Both the position numbers and the translations under genes were made by a program. This document shows, piece by piece, positions 33,760 through 52,564 of a DNA stretch of 64,000 bases. Position 1 is the first letter of the stretch. Each line of letters begins with the position of its first letter. The stretch is from the human T2T-CHM13v2.0 reference genome, Homo sapiens, in the NCBI RefSeq assembly GCF_009914755.1, contig NC_060933.1, one strand, 5' to 3'. Under the pieces are notes generated by a model. That model was not told the DNA's origin, searched no databases, and worked only from the letters and a program-made list of their open reading frames with translations.

Positions 33760-35230
33760 ATCACTGTCTTTTCCAGGAACATGGAAGACTAGAAAATATA
33801 AAATTTTTTCACTACAGGAGGTTAGAAATGCTGGACAAAATGTAGCAAACACTGTGTTAAGTGCATAGGTGAGAGTTCAGGAAAGTGAAATAATTCCCAA
33901 GTGACCCAAAACAAGAGGGAACTGAAAAACAGCACTAAGAGAGAAAGAAGGAGCTTCTGTTACTAGGAATCAAGATTTGGGTTATACCTGCTGCTCCCTG
34001 ATGGAGACAAGACTTTCTGAGACTAAGAAAATAAGGACTCAGAATTGAAATCCCTACACAGAACCAGATCATTTGGAGAGCTATACAATGATGGCAAGGA
34101 GATCCTAGAAAATACTGCAAAGGGAGATGACAACACTTATATTACCATAGTGGCTTTGGGTGGGGAGAAATATTTTGTGTAAAAGGCAGCTTTCAAGTGG
34201 GTTTGGTATTTATTTTAGTTACATGGTATGAGTACCTTCAAGCTGAGAAATTAACTGAATAACTGGTTACAAATTGGCAGTATTTTTGTGAGGCCAGAAA
34301 GAAACAAACAGAAGCAAAACATTTCTAAAGAATTCACCTAAAACCCAGACTACACAAGATTTCTATAGGTAAAACACTTCTTAAAATGAACTTGTCTTCC
34401 AAAATACAAAACTCAAGAAGGAACAATCTTCCACGCACAAATGTTAGCAGAAGAAGAGATAGAATTATCAGCTCAAATTTCCAAATAAGGATAAGATGTC
34501 AAAGCAGGAAATGAAAACGGGATAAAAGAAAATATGTATATATGTTTTTAAAATATACTTTAGAAAACAAAGTAGAATTGAAGACGTGAAAAAAAACATT
34601 AAAAATAAAAATCATTGAAAGGGTTAAACGTCAGACTGAACACAACTGAAGAGAGAATTTGTTAACTGGATAATGGATTTGAAGAAGTTACCCAGAATGC
34701 ACGAGAGGAGAGAGGAGGAGAGCAGAGAGGGGAGAGAGGAGGAGAGCAGAGAGGAGAGAGAAGATGCAAGAGGACTGAAGGGCTGACATAAAATCTACTA
34801 AGAGGGCCAGACAGAAAGAACAGAGAAAATGGAGGATTAGTGGGCAATATTTGAAGGAAATTCAATGAATGAAAATCTTTGCCAAATTATAGAAACACTT
34901 AAATACTTAGATTTAGAAAAGAAAGTAAGTTCCAAGCTGGAGGAATGAAATTAATTTAGCTTAAATTAAAAGCAACTAAAGATAAAATGATAATGATTAT
35001 CTATAAAAGAACATTTATTGGTATAACAGCAATTATTTATGTCAGTAGCAGTAATACAGATATAAATTAATGGAAACAATTACCAGAATATAGAGTAAAA
35101 CATGCCCTTTGATTTTAAAAATAAATGCTTTTTGCCAAGAAAAAAGATGGAATCATCTCCTGTCAAAGAATGCTTGGCAGTAATTCAGTAAATTAACAGA
35201 ATGTCCTGGAAACTGAAAGATGAACCCAGT
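33760..35230 (+). mobile_element. Ancient L1M 5' UTR/ORF1 remnant with a GA-rich simple repeat at 34704-34762
   Basis: CAGACTGAACACAACTGAAGAGAGAATTTG...GAAGAAGTTACCCAGAATGCA is typical of the old ORF1 coiled-coil region. Confidence 0.55.
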
Positions 35231-35516
35231 AATTCTAAACTGTATGTCATAGTTATTTTCCACCAACTAAGGGTATATGATTGTATGAAGGAATGTGGTT
35301 GGGTTAAGGGAGGTGAGTGGGTATGCTTATTGAAGAAATAGCATGTGATGACAAAGCACAATCCCAGATGTTGAAGTCATTTCATCTAGAGTTTGGATAT
35401 TTAGACTATGTGAACCCGGTGGTGGTCAGTAGTGTTTAACTTATATTAGGTTCTAATGCACTAACCTGTAAAGGCTGTGACATAATGCTCTTAGTGATTA
35501 AATAGTTTGTATATAA

Positions 35517-35828
35517 GGCTAGGCGCGATGGCTTTTGCCTATAACCCCAGCACTTTGGGAGGCCAAGGCAGGCCGAGGTGGGCAGATTGCTTGAGCTCAG
35601 GAGTTCAAGACCAGCCTAGCCAACATGGCAACAACCCATCTCTACAAAAACCTACAAAAATTAGCTGGGCATGATGGCAGGTGCTGTAGTCTCAGCTACT
35701 CAGGAGGCTGAAGCGAGAGGATGGCTTGAGCCTGGGAGGCTGAGGTTGCAGTGAGCTAAGATAGCACCACTGCACTGCAGCCTGTGTGAAAGAGTCAGAG
35801 CCTGTCTCAAAAACAACAACAAAAAAAA
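35517..35828 (+). mobile_element. AluJ-type SINE
   Basis: GATTGCTTGAGCTCAGGAGTTC and GGATGGCTTGAGCCTGGGAGG (J-type features); A-rich tail. Confidence 0.93.
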
Positions 35829-36069
35829 TTATTTGTATGTAATAAACCAAAGCTAGCAATGTGTTTCACATACTTTCCTTAAATTTCAGGGATATCCTTT
35901 CTCATAAATAATACCTGTGTGGGTGTTTTTTTTTTTACTACAAAAGTAATTCCTGGTGGTCATAGAAAATCTGAAAGACATATATAAGTCACAAGAAAAA
36001 ATTTTAAATTTCCTTTACTCTTACCACCCAGAGAAAATATTGGTCAGCCTTTTAGGACATTTTAAGTTG

Positions 36070-37570
36070 ATTTTAATTTTTTTAATTCAACTTTGTATTT
36101 CAAGATAATTGCTAACATGCAAGTCTCAAATAATAGACTGATCTTGGGCACCCTTTACCCAGTTTCTCCCAATGGTAACATCTTTAGTACCTTTAGTATA
36201 GAAAAACTATAGTACATTCAATGGTAGGCTGTCACAGAAAAAAAAGGAAAAGAAAAGCTATAGTACAATATCACAGCCATGATATTAACATTGATATAGT
36301 CAAGATACAGAACATTTCATTCACCACAAGGATCCCTGAAGTTGTTCTTTGATAGTCACACTCACTTTCCTTCTTCCCTCACTCCTTCCTTAATCCTGGT
36401 AACCACTGATTCTTTCTCCATGTCTATACTTTCATCATTTCAATAATGTTATATAAAATGGAATCATACAGTATGTAACATTTTGGGATTGACTTTTTTG
36501 TTTAGCATAACTCTGTGGAGATTCACCTAGATTGTTGCCTGTATCAATATTTTTATTCCATTCTATTGCTAAATAGTGTTGTATGGTATGGATATGTGTA
36601 ACCATTCACTTGTTGGAGGACATTTGTGTGTTTCCAGTTTTTGATTACGGTAAGTAAAGTTGCTATAAATATTCATGTTCAGGTTTTTTGTGTTAAATGT
36701 GTTAATTTCTATGAGATAAATGCCCAGAAGTGAAATTGCTGGGTCATATGGTAGTTGCATGTTTAGTTTCTTAACAAGCTCCAACTTCATATCATTACAT
36801 TTGAAGTAAGTTTCTTATATAGTAGATCATGTTTTTAAATCCGCTCTGACAATCTCTGTCTTTTAATTTGTGTAGTTAGAATAGTGTTATGACTTAACAC
36901 TGACATTTTTTGTTGTTTTCCTCTATTTGTTTTCTCTAGTTTTTGTTTTAGTTTTCCTTTTCTTGCTTCCCTACAGGTTACTTGAATATTTTAAAACTTT
37001 ATTTTAATTTAGGTACAGTGTTTTTGAGCATATGTCTTTGTATAGCTTTTTTAGTGATATTAAATTATACTTGATATTACATTATATATACATAACTTAT
37101 CACAGTCTATTGTGTCATTATTTTGAATGAAATATGGAAGTCTCATCTCTTTATATTCCCTTCCCCTTCCCCATTTATAGTATAATTATTATAACTATTT
37201 CCTGCCCATATATTTGGAACCACATCAATCAGTGTTATAACTTTTGCTTAATCTGGTAAACATAACAACAAAATTTAAGAAGAAAAGGAAAACTAATTAC
37301 ATTTATGCATATTTTTGTGTACTATCTTTATTCCTTCTTGCTGTTTTGAGGCTCCTTCTTTCATCATTCCTTTTCTGTTTAGAAAAATTCCTTTAGCCTA
37401 AAAGGAGTAGGTCTGCTAGTGACAAATTATCTTAGTTTCCCTTTAACTGAGAATGTCTTAATTTTCCCTTCAGTTCTGAAGTATATTTTTACTGGGTATA
37501 GGATTCTGGGTTGACAATTCTTTTCTTTTAGCATTTAAAAAAAATATTGTGCCACTTCCTTCCTGCCGTG
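36070..37570 (-). mobile_element. Old L1MC/MD fragments (3' UTR joined to upstream parts)
   Basis: CCCTTTACCCAGTTTCTCCCAATGGTAAC; ORF 36569..36790 LPYDPAISLLGIY; ORF1-end motif AGGATTCTGGGTTGACA. Confidence 0.75.
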
Positions 37571-37961
37571 AATAAGACATTTATATTGCTGATGTTAAGG
37601 AATAAGAGAAATATCCAATGTTGAAAGAGAGTGCAAGAGAATGTATATAGTCCATATAGAATTAAATCTGTGTCATGGTGGGGTACTCTATAATGGTTTT
37701 GCTGTTCAGTATAGAGCTTGGGCATTCTCAAATTTAATCTTCATGCATTAAGCTATTCAAAACCAACTACAAACATGCTTGATATGTAGTGTGTTATATT
37801 TCTAAGGCATATATTTACCTTGTGGTGTTATGAATTTGTTGTGTAAGAGGCATACTAAGCTAATAAGTAAGCCTAGATGCCCATTCAGTGTAGAATCTAT
37901 GTGGCCTGAAAAGGGAGAGAAAGATTAATGGTAAGTATTAAAATAACTGTGCTAAGCATAA

Positions 37962-38200
37962 AAATAGCTAACATTCATTTAACACTTTCCATGTGCCAGA
38001 TAGTATGGCATTCATTTAACAGGTGTTAACTATTTTTATTCTCACAATACATTGTTTGAGGCAGATAATACTAATTTCCCCACTTTATAGATGAGAAAAC
38101 TAAAGCTCGGGATGTTATGTAACTTGCCCAAGCCACACATAATAACAGTGGCATAACCAGAATTCAGAATTTAAATCCATACAGTCTGTCTTTGATTCCA
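37962..38200 (-). mobile_element. MIR SINE
   Basis: Antisense MIR core CCCCACTTTATAGATGAGAAAACTAAAGCTC...GTAACTTGCCCAAG. Confidence 0.8.
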
Positions 38201-39161
38201 TGCTGTCTATCCTGTTTAACTTTTACATGACAAAGATATCTTTTACAGCATTAAATTGCACCAGGGAACTCTAACCCATCTGGCCCGGGTCAGAAAAGGG
38301 ACAAAATGTCAACTTTTAAGTATTCAAAAATGGTATTTGTTTCTTTCATTTATTCATTTGCTATGTAGCAATCACCATTGTATAATATCTCCATAAGAAG
38401 ATATTGTTTGAAAGGAAATCCATCATTTATTAAAAATATGTATAAAACACTTACAATGGGCCAGGCATTGTTCTAAGTAGATAAGATACATAAATTACCA
38501 AAACACACAAAGATTCACACCATTAAAGAGTTTGTATCTTAGCATGAGGGAGGAAGAAAATAAACAATAGCTAAAAAAAAAGAAATAAATTATATAGTAT
38601 ATTTGAAAGTGAAGATGAAAAAAATAAAACTAGTGTAGGTAAGTGTGATCATCAGAGAAGCAAGCAACATTAAATGGGGTGGTCACTATTGGAAGATGAC
38701 ATATGATGATGAGAGAATTTGTCTTTGAGGAAGATTCCAGCTAGAGAAGACAATTCTATATCCCTAAATTGGGAAAGCACATGCATGCCTGAAGACTGGC
38801 AAGAGGGCTAGTGTATGGAAGTAAATGATCCCGTGAAAGAGTAGTAGGAAATAAAGTAAAAGAGACATGTATAATCATGAAAATCACTGAAAGGTTTGGA
38901 GATATTGTGGGGGGAGTCCTTGTTTGTTGGTTTTTTAATAGCAGTGATATAGTTCACATATCATAAAGTTTATAAAGTATACAATTCAGTAGTTTATATA
39001 TATTCACACAGGTGTGCTACCAGTATCACAGTCCAACTCCAGAGTATTTCCATCGCTCTCCAAAATCACCATATCTATTAGCAACCACTCTTCAAGTCCG
39101 CATCCCCCAGCCTTTGGAAACCACAGATTTCCTCACCGCCTCTAAGAAATTGCCTATTTTG

Positions 39162-43118
<3,957 letters not shown>

Positions 43119-43248
43119 AAGAAATTGCCTATTTTGGACATTTTATATGAAAAGAGTCATATAATATATGGCCTTCTGTGTCTGGCTTCTTCCATCTGAC
43201 ATAACGTTCTCAAGGTACATCCATAGTGTAGCACATATCAATACTTTG

Positions 43249-43329
43249 TTTTCTTTCCTTCCTTCCTTCCTTCCTTCCTTCCTTCCTTCCTTCCTTCCTT
43301 CCTTCCTTCCTTCCTTCCTTCCTTCCTTC

Positions 43330-43380
<51 letters not shown>

Positions 43381-43689
43381 TCCTTTCTTTCTTTTCTTTC
43401 GGCAGAGTCTTGCCCTCTCACCCAGCCTGGAGTGCAGTGGTGGGATCTTGGCTCACTGCAAGCTCCACCTCTGCCTCCTGGGTTCATGCCATTCTCCTGC
43501 CTCAGCCTCTTGTGTAGCTGGGACTACAGGCACCCGCCACCACGCCCGGCTAATTTTTTTTTGTATTTTTAGTAGAGATGGGGTTTCACCATGTTAGCCA
43601 GGATGGTCTCAATCTCCTGACCTCATGATCCACCCACCTCGGCCTCCCAAAGTGCTGGGATTACAGGTGTCAGCCACCCGTGCCTGGCC
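43249..43689 (-). mobile_element. AluY/AluSc8-like SINE with expanded (TTCC)n(TTTC)n tail
   Basis: CACTGCAAGCTCC, GGGTTCATGCCATTCTCC and AGGATGGTCTC features; about 150-bp microsatellite tail; flanking repeat ACTTTGTT. Confidence 0.92.
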
Positions 43690-44044
43690 ACTTTGTTCCT
43701 TTTCATGGCTGAATGATATTTCATTTTATGGTTATACCGCATTTTGTTTATTCATTTGTCACCTGGATTGTTTCCACTTTTTGGCTGTTACAAATAATTC
43801 TGTTATAAACCTTCTTGTACAAGTTTTGGCATAGGTATATTTTTCATTTCTCTTGAGTGAGAACCTAGGAGTGGAATTACTGGGCTATATGTTAACTCCA
43901 CATAAGTTTTAGAATTTTACTCTGAGTATACTTATTTCAATAAGTATAAAGAGGAGTGATATAATCTGACTTGCACTTTAAAAGATAACTCAGACTATGG
44001 TGTTGAGAATATACTGTAAGATAACAATTTTTTAAAAAGCGGAG

Positions 44045-44436
44045 CAGCCCAGCATGGCAGCTCACATCTGTAATCCCAACACTTTGGGAGGCCGACACAG
44101 GAGGATCACTTGAGCCCAGGAGTCTGAGACCAGTCTGGGCAACATAGACAAACCCTCTATGTCTCTACAAAAAAATACAAAAATTAGCCAAGTATGATGA
44201 TATGTGCCTGTAGTCCCAGCTATTTGAGAGGCTGAGATGGAAGGATCACTTGAGTCCAGGAGGTTGAGGTTGAACTGTGATGACACCACAGCACTCCAGC
44301 CTCAGTGACAAGGCACGACTGTGTTTCGAAAGACAGAGAGAAGGAGAGAGAGGGAGGGAGGGAGGGAGGGAGGAAGGAAAGGAAGGAAGGAAGGAAGGAA
44401 GGAAGGAAGGAAGGAAGGAGGGAGGGAAGGAAGGAA
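44045..44436 (+). mobile_element. AluJ-type SINE with (GGAA)n/(GGGA)n tail
   Basis: GGATCACTTGAG motif in both arms; purine microsatellite at about 44330-44436. Confidence 0.9.
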
Positions 44437-44455
44437 AATAACCTAGTTAAAAGTT

Positions 44456-45207
<752 letters not shown>

Positions 45208-45797
45208 GGAGGATATTGTTGTTATTTAGGTGAGAAATAGAGTTGGCCCAGACTAGTGTGATAGAAGTCAAGGTGAAGAAAAAAGGTCAGAATCTAGAAT
45301 TATTTTGAAAGTAGAGCTATAAGATTTACCAAAGGATTGAATGTAGGTTTTGAGGGAATAATAAAGGAACCAAGAATAATCCAAGACTTTTAATCTAAAC
45401 TATTGGAAAGATGTTGCCATAAACTGAATGAGGAAGGCTTTGGGTGGAGCAGCACTCAGGGGAAATACAAAGAGTCCAGTTGTTAACTTTTAGAAGCCTA
45501 TTTAATACCCAAGTGGAGATGTCAGGTAGGCAGTTGTACATAAAAGTCTTGAATTCTGGAGAGAGGTCTCAGCTAAAGATATAAATTTCTGAGTGGTCCA
45601 CATAACAGAGGCATTTTCAGCCATTAGATGGCACAAGGTTGAAAGAGATCACTAAGGAATGCAGAGCAGAGACGAAAGCAAGGCCTACCCTGGGTACTGC
45701 AATGTTAGTAGGTCAAGGAAAAGAGAAGAAATCAGCAAAGGAGACTAGAAGGGAGCAACTGGTGAGGAAAAAGGAAGACTAAGAAATTGTGATGCTT

Positions 45798-46863
<1,066 letters not shown>

Positions 46864-46871
46864 ATTGTGAT

Positions 46872-47231
46872 TGATGTGGTTTCGCTGCATCCTCGCCCAA
46901 ATCTCATTTGTATTTTAGCCCCAATAATCCCCACATGTCATGGAAGGGACCTGGTGGCAGGTAATTGAATCATGGAGGTGGGTCTTTCTCGTGCTGTTCT
47001 CGTGATAGTGAATAAATCTCACAAGATCTGATGGTTTTATAAAGGGGAGTTCCCCTGCACATGCCCTCTTTGCCTGCTGCCAGGTAAGATGTGTCTTTGC
47101 TCCTCTTTGCCTTCTGCCATGATTGTGAGGCCTCTTCAACCATGTGAACTGTGAGTCAATTAACTCTTCCCTTTATAAATTACCCAGTCTTGGGGGTGTC
47201 TTTATTAGCAGCGTGAGAACAGACTAATAAA
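46872..47231 (+). mobile_element. THE1C/D-like MaLR solo LTR
   Basis: TGATGTGGTTT start, GAGAACAGACTAATA end, CCTTTATAAATTACCCAGTCT; TSD-like GTGAT/ATGAT. Confidence 0.9.
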
Positions 47232-48137
47232 ATGATACCTGTACTAGAATCCACTTGAAGAAAGGGAAGCACAAATTGATCACCAAGGTGTGACATAGGA
47301 AAGCATAGTTTGATGGTCCATCAAACACTATTGATAGGAAAAAGTGAGAACTAAGAATTGAGCATTCAATTTAGCAATATAAATATTATTGTGACTAGGA
47401 TGAACAATAGTTTCAGCAGAGTGTTTAAAGTAAAATCTTGGTTAGTGGGTTTGTAGCTGAAAGAGAGGAAATTGGAGACAGCAATTACAGACACTTGAAA
47501 TTTTTATCAGGGAAGATTTCAAGCATATAAAAATATGAATTAACAAAAAATGAAACCCATCACCCACATTCAATTGTTTTTAACTGATAGCCAATGTTGT
47601 TCATCTACTTCCCCACTCCCTCTGTCCCTACCTTACCAGATTATTTTGAAGATACTCTGAAAAAATAATTTAACTTCATTCATAAAAATTTAGACTTCTG
47701 CTTTAAGGCTCTTGCATTTTTTCTTTTTCTATAAAAGGAGCAAAAAAACAGATGGTAATTTGCAGGTGGAAGTGAGGTTAAGAGAAGATATTTGTAAACC
47801 ACTTTTGGATCCCTGGGTTCAGATGTGGACTAGCAAGAGAGTTGGATTTAACCAGGGTTTTGGTTTTGCCATGTATAAAACACTGTGAGGTTCAAGGGTG
47901 TATGCAAAGGAATGATTACTATCCTTTGATAATTGACTATGTGACCATAAGCATTTTAGCTGGGTAAGGAGTGGAGTGATGACATAAAGTGGGTGAAATA
48001 CACTGACAAGGTGATAGAATCATAGCTTAGAGGTCAAGGTGGAGTAATAAAGTGGTGGTGGTCAAAGAGCACAAGTTAGTCAGAGAAGCGGGTTTACAGG
48101 AAATAAGCCAGAGAATGTTCATCAACGTGTATATTAA

Positions 48138-48388
48138 CCCATTTCCTGTTTAGAAAAAAAAAGTGTGGCTTGCTGCCAGCACTCACTGAATTTTACGTAA
48201 ACACACTCTTTGAGGCTGAAGCAAATCTGACTGATTTTTCAATGTGAAAATAAAATATAAAAATTCTTCATGGAGCTATTTCTAAACAGAACTTGTCTCT
48301 AATCCTAATGTAACAGAAATGTATATGATATTACATTAGGATTAGAGACAAGAGAACAAGAATATTCTTGGGGCAAACAGGAAATGGG
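48138..48388. mobile_element. piggyBac-family MITE (MER75B-like)
   Basis: TTAA target duplication on both sides (48134-48137, 48389-48392); 14-bp TIR CCCATTTCCTGTTT/AAACAGGAAATGGG; internal 22-bp inverted repeat at 48292-48352. Confidence 0.92.
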
Positions 48389-49044
48389 TTAAGGAATTAG
48401 ACTAGAGTAGATTTATAGATAAGGAGACTAAGCTCAAGAGCGAAAATCATAGAGAAATGAGTTGAATTACAGAATGGGAGTGGCTGGTGTCTTTTAGAAA
48501 GGAGGGAGTATATTCTGAACATAGCAATGAGGATCAAGAAAAAATTAGCCCATGACCAGAGAGAGCTGTGAGAGTATAAATAAACAGTGCCCACCTAAGA
48601 AGACTGTAAGATAAGCAGGAGGGAGAGCTGTAATTCCATTAGAGCAACGAAAAGAGATTTTCCTTGGCCACTGCGTGACGCTTTTTTAACATGTTTTTTT
48701 CCCTCAACCATAAACAATTGCAGGCACAGTTGTGAGCATGGGCAAATTCAGGTTTTATGTGACCTGAAACTTACTTAGTTTGGAGGACTTTCTTTAAGGA
48801 AAGACTGTAAAATTTTTATTTTCCCAGATTTTACCAACAAAAAAGTGCAATTATGCAAACCCATTATCCACTTACCTTCCAATAGCCCACTCGAAAGGGG
48901 CTATTGGGAAACAATTCTCTATGGATATTTTCACCTTTCTGCATGATCCAGGCTTTCTGAGCAAACAATATGGTCAAACTTGATTAAATAATTATTAAGT
49001 GGTAAACATGCCTTGGAAGCCAGAAATTGTGTATTAATCTGGAA

Positions 49045-49800
49045 ATATTTATCCCTTGGATAAATCCCACTTGATCATGCTAAATGATCTTTTTAATGTG
49101 TTGTTGAATTTGGTTTGCTAGCATTTTGTTGAGGATTTTTACAACTATGTTCACCAGAAATATTGGCCTAACACTCTTTTTTTCTGTGTCTTTGTCCAAT
49201 TTTGGTATCAAGGTAATGCTGACCTTGTAGAAAGAGTTTGGAAGTATTACCACTTCTCCCATTTTTTTTGGAAGAGTTTGAGTTTTTTCTTTAAAAGTTT
49301 GACAGAATTAAGCATTGATGCAATCAGGTCCTAGGCTTTTCTTTAATGGGAGACTTTTTATTACAGCTTTGATCTCATTACTTGTTTGTTCAAGTTATTT
49401 TTTTCTTTATGATTCAATCTTAGTAAGTTGTATGTGTTCAGTAATTTATCAATGTCTTTTAGATTTTCCAAAAGAAACTTGTGGTTTCTTTTGGAAAAAG
49501 TTGTCCATAATTGTTTTTAATGATTCTTTGTATTTCTGTGGTCTCATTTGTTAACTCTCCCTTTTTGTTTCTGATTTTATTTACATGGGTCTTTTCTCTT
49601 TTGTTCTTAGTTTAGGTAAAGGTTTGTTAATTTATTTTTTCAAAAAAACCTTTTTGTTGATATTTTGTATTTTTTACTCTCAATTTCATTTACTTCTGCT
49701 CTGATCTTTATTATTTCTTTCTTTCTACTAAATTTGGTTTTGTTTTGTTCTCTTTTCTAGCTCCCTGAGGTGCATCATTAGGTTGTTAATTTGAAGTTCA
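49045..49800 (-). mobile_element. L1MA-type ORF2 fragment
   Basis: ORF 49080..49262 LPNSFYKVSITLIPK...[17 protein letters not shown]. Confidence 0.85.
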
Positions 49801-49988
49801 AAGATAATATAGAAATACAGTGGTCATTGTAAGAAAGTTTTAACCTAGACAAAACTGTTCATTTATGAAGTGGATTGGAAAAGAAGAAATTCTGAATTCC
49901 TCAAGAACAATGGAATGTAGATTTTGATTATCATGCAGAGCCTTACAAGAGACTCAATAAATCAAAATATGCCTCTCTTAAAGACTTC

Positions 49989-50192
49989 TGGCCAGAAGCA
50001 GTGGCTCACACCTGTAATCCTAGCACTTTGTGAGGCTGAAGAGGGCAGATGGCTTGAGCTCAGGAGTTTGAGACCAGCCTGGACAACATAGGGAAACCTC
50101 ATCTCTATTAAAAATAAACATAATAATAACAATTAGCCAGGCATGGTGGCACAAGCCTGCAGTCCCAACTACTCAGGAGGCTGAGGTGGGAG
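49989..50192 (+). mobile_element. AluJ, 5' part (interrupted by the provirus)
   Basis: Alu sequence stops at GAGGCTGAGGTGGGAG and resumes at 60240. Confidence 0.93.
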
Positions 50193-50892
50193 TGTTGGAG
50201 TAGGTAGTTAGGCAGACATGAACATCAGAAGAAAAGCCCATCCCCCACCAGTAATGTCAGGCAACCATTAGGTGATGGTCAGGTAGTTGTTAAGCAGTCT
50301 TTTTAAAATAATAATTGGTTGCAGTCAGTGCCAGAGAAAGGCAGTCTCCCAATATATGGAAAACACTTGAAGCCGGTGGCCAACAGCTTCCCAATAAGGA
50401 GCTGAGCAAGCAGTCTCAAGCATGCACTAAGAGGCAAAATGGCAGAGTTTAACTGGTGTATGACCAGTTCCTCTAGGAACACTTGACTGGCAAGGGAAAA
50501 ACGCCTCAAGTGAGCATGCACACAACTTCAGTAAATACACTGTGCATGTGGCCGCTCACAAGTGCTGGCAGGCCACTGTGCATGTGGATGGCCCACCCCA
50601 AGGAAAAATCAAGAGTGGAGAGACACAAAACTCCAGAAGCATGCCAACATATAAAACCCCAAGTCAAAGGTCAAACAGGGCACTTGGATTTCTCAGGTTG
50701 CCAACTTGGCCCTCTTCCAAGTTACTTTACTTTCTTTCATTCCTGCTCTAAGAGTTTTTAATAAACTCTTACTTCTGCTCAAAAACTTGCCTTGGTCTCT
50801 CACTCTCGCTTATGCCCCTCAGACAAATTCTTTCCTTTGAAGAGGCAAGAAACAAGTTCTTGCAGACCCATACAGATTCACTGCTGCTAACA
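50193..50892 (+). mobile_element. 5' LTR (MER50)
   Basis: TGTTGGAGTAGGTAGTTAGGCAGACATG start, GCTGCTAACA end; TATAAAA at about 50650, AATAAA at 50760-50765. Confidence 0.92.
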
Positions 50893-50897
50893 TACTT

Positions 50898-50917
50898 TGA
50901 TGCCACATGGCTTGGAT
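50898..50917 (+). promoter_or_regulatory. Degenerate primer-binding site (resembles tRNA-His complement)
   Basis: TGATGCCACATGGCTTGGAT just after the 5' LTR, compared with TGGTGCCGTGACTCGGAT; several mismatches. Confidence 0.4.
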
Positions 50918-52564
50918 ACGTTCCCCAGTGGTAAGAAATCTCTATGCCTCTCCTTCTTTGGCTGGAGAAGAAGGAGATCTGTACACAGTTTTCTTCTCCC
51001 CTTTCACTCTCCTGCCTTCCAACCAATTCCCAGAACTATTACTCTCAGCCACAGTGGCTCTGCACCCGCTGGCTGATCTCTCAGCTTACCCTGACCGGTG
51101 GCTTACAGGGGTAGGAAGGACCTTGGAGTCCACACCATGTAGACCTGAAATACTAATGGCCCTCCTAGACAGGAGGCTCATGAGAGTGGTAGGGCTAAAG
51201 CCTAACACTGTGCAATGTCTGCAATTTCCTCTGCTTTTTCAAATACAATTGTCTTTTTCCCCAAAACCCACACCACCTATTCTCCTGTTTTCTCTGTGTG
51301 TGTTCTGAAACGGCCTTGTGTGCCCACCACACTGTCTACCTCAGGGGCAAGTCTGTCTCTCTTCTTTCACTTTGTATGCCACGCAACTTCCTTCTCTACG
51401 TTAAACACACACTCCCTGTTATTCGTTCACCCATGGCTCTTGTTGCATTTGTACAGCAGCAGAGAAACAGGCTCCCTTGCAGATGTCCATTGGCTCATTG
51501 CCAGGATAGACACTAATTAGAACCCCAGTTCTTCCAGCTCCTTATGACTTACCATACACTTTTCATCCCTGTTATGCTCCGGGGTCAAGTTTTTGGTGGC
51601 TTTTGAAGCAGTTTTTATGGCTGCATAGGACATCACTCTGTGGTTCTTTAAGGATCTCACCTACTTGCTTTTTTTGAGTTAGCACCCCCTTTGGGAGGAG
51701 AGAAAATTCTTCCTTTGCCATTTGTGGGCTCTTATCCCAAGCTCCGAGTTCTCCAAAGATTCCTCTTTATGTCAAGAGGGCAAATAAACATTGCTGTTTT
51801 GAATCCCAGGGCTGCTGTTTATGTGAGCATATGAAGGTTTTCCGTCAGTATTCCTCATGCTTCCTCCCACTTTCTCCTATAGCAGAGGGGTTGTCCTGTC
51901 TACTCAAGCATTTCTTCTGGATATTACCCCAGGAGGACAGGGAACCTCAAATACAAAATTTTCTCCATTCCTCTAATCACTTCCATACCCTCCTCAATGT
52001 GCTTAAGGACTCTCAAGGTCATATTTAAAGGGAGGGAAGTGCAGCCTCTTGCAGCAGTTGGCTGAAAAACAAGCTTCTCATCTACTTAAAGAACATGGGA
52101 AATGGATTATAAAAAAAAAAGAGGTAATCATTTTGTTGCCAGAATGCTGTGAGTAAGAGTCACTATAAGATCATGGAGATAAGGATATAGGCCAGCCCAA
52201 GGCTGCAGGTGCAAGAGACAAAGTACCCATAGGACAGAGAGAGATAAAGGCTGGTCACAGGCCACAGGCACAGAACAGATTACCATTAGAACAGAGATGA
52301 AGGCAAGCTTAGGGGTACCTGGTAAGACCGGTTTATTCTGAAACTCCAAGGATAAATAGGGGACCCCTGTTCACTTGGGTATTTCCTCTGTTCTCAAGTG
52401 GGTAATTGTGATGAGATGGGACACAGGTTTGGGTACCCAGTAAGACAGGTTCATTCTGGAACCCTAAGGATGAATGGGGGATGCCCTGTTCAGGAAAGGA
52501 TAATAGGGAAATAAAAGGAGATACCTTCTTTTTCCTTTTTTTCTCCTTTGTTGTATCTTCACAG

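Noticed and set aside
43143-43572. ORFs with RKEG/PSFL repeats (also 44220..44483 and 27544..27840)
   Set aside because: Translations of GGAA/TTCC microsatellite tails.
46872-47231. THE1 LTR as the THE1-derived MTAP exon 10
   Set aside because: It lies upstream of exon 9, so the order is wrong; I did not find a THE1 element downstream of 59501 in this window.
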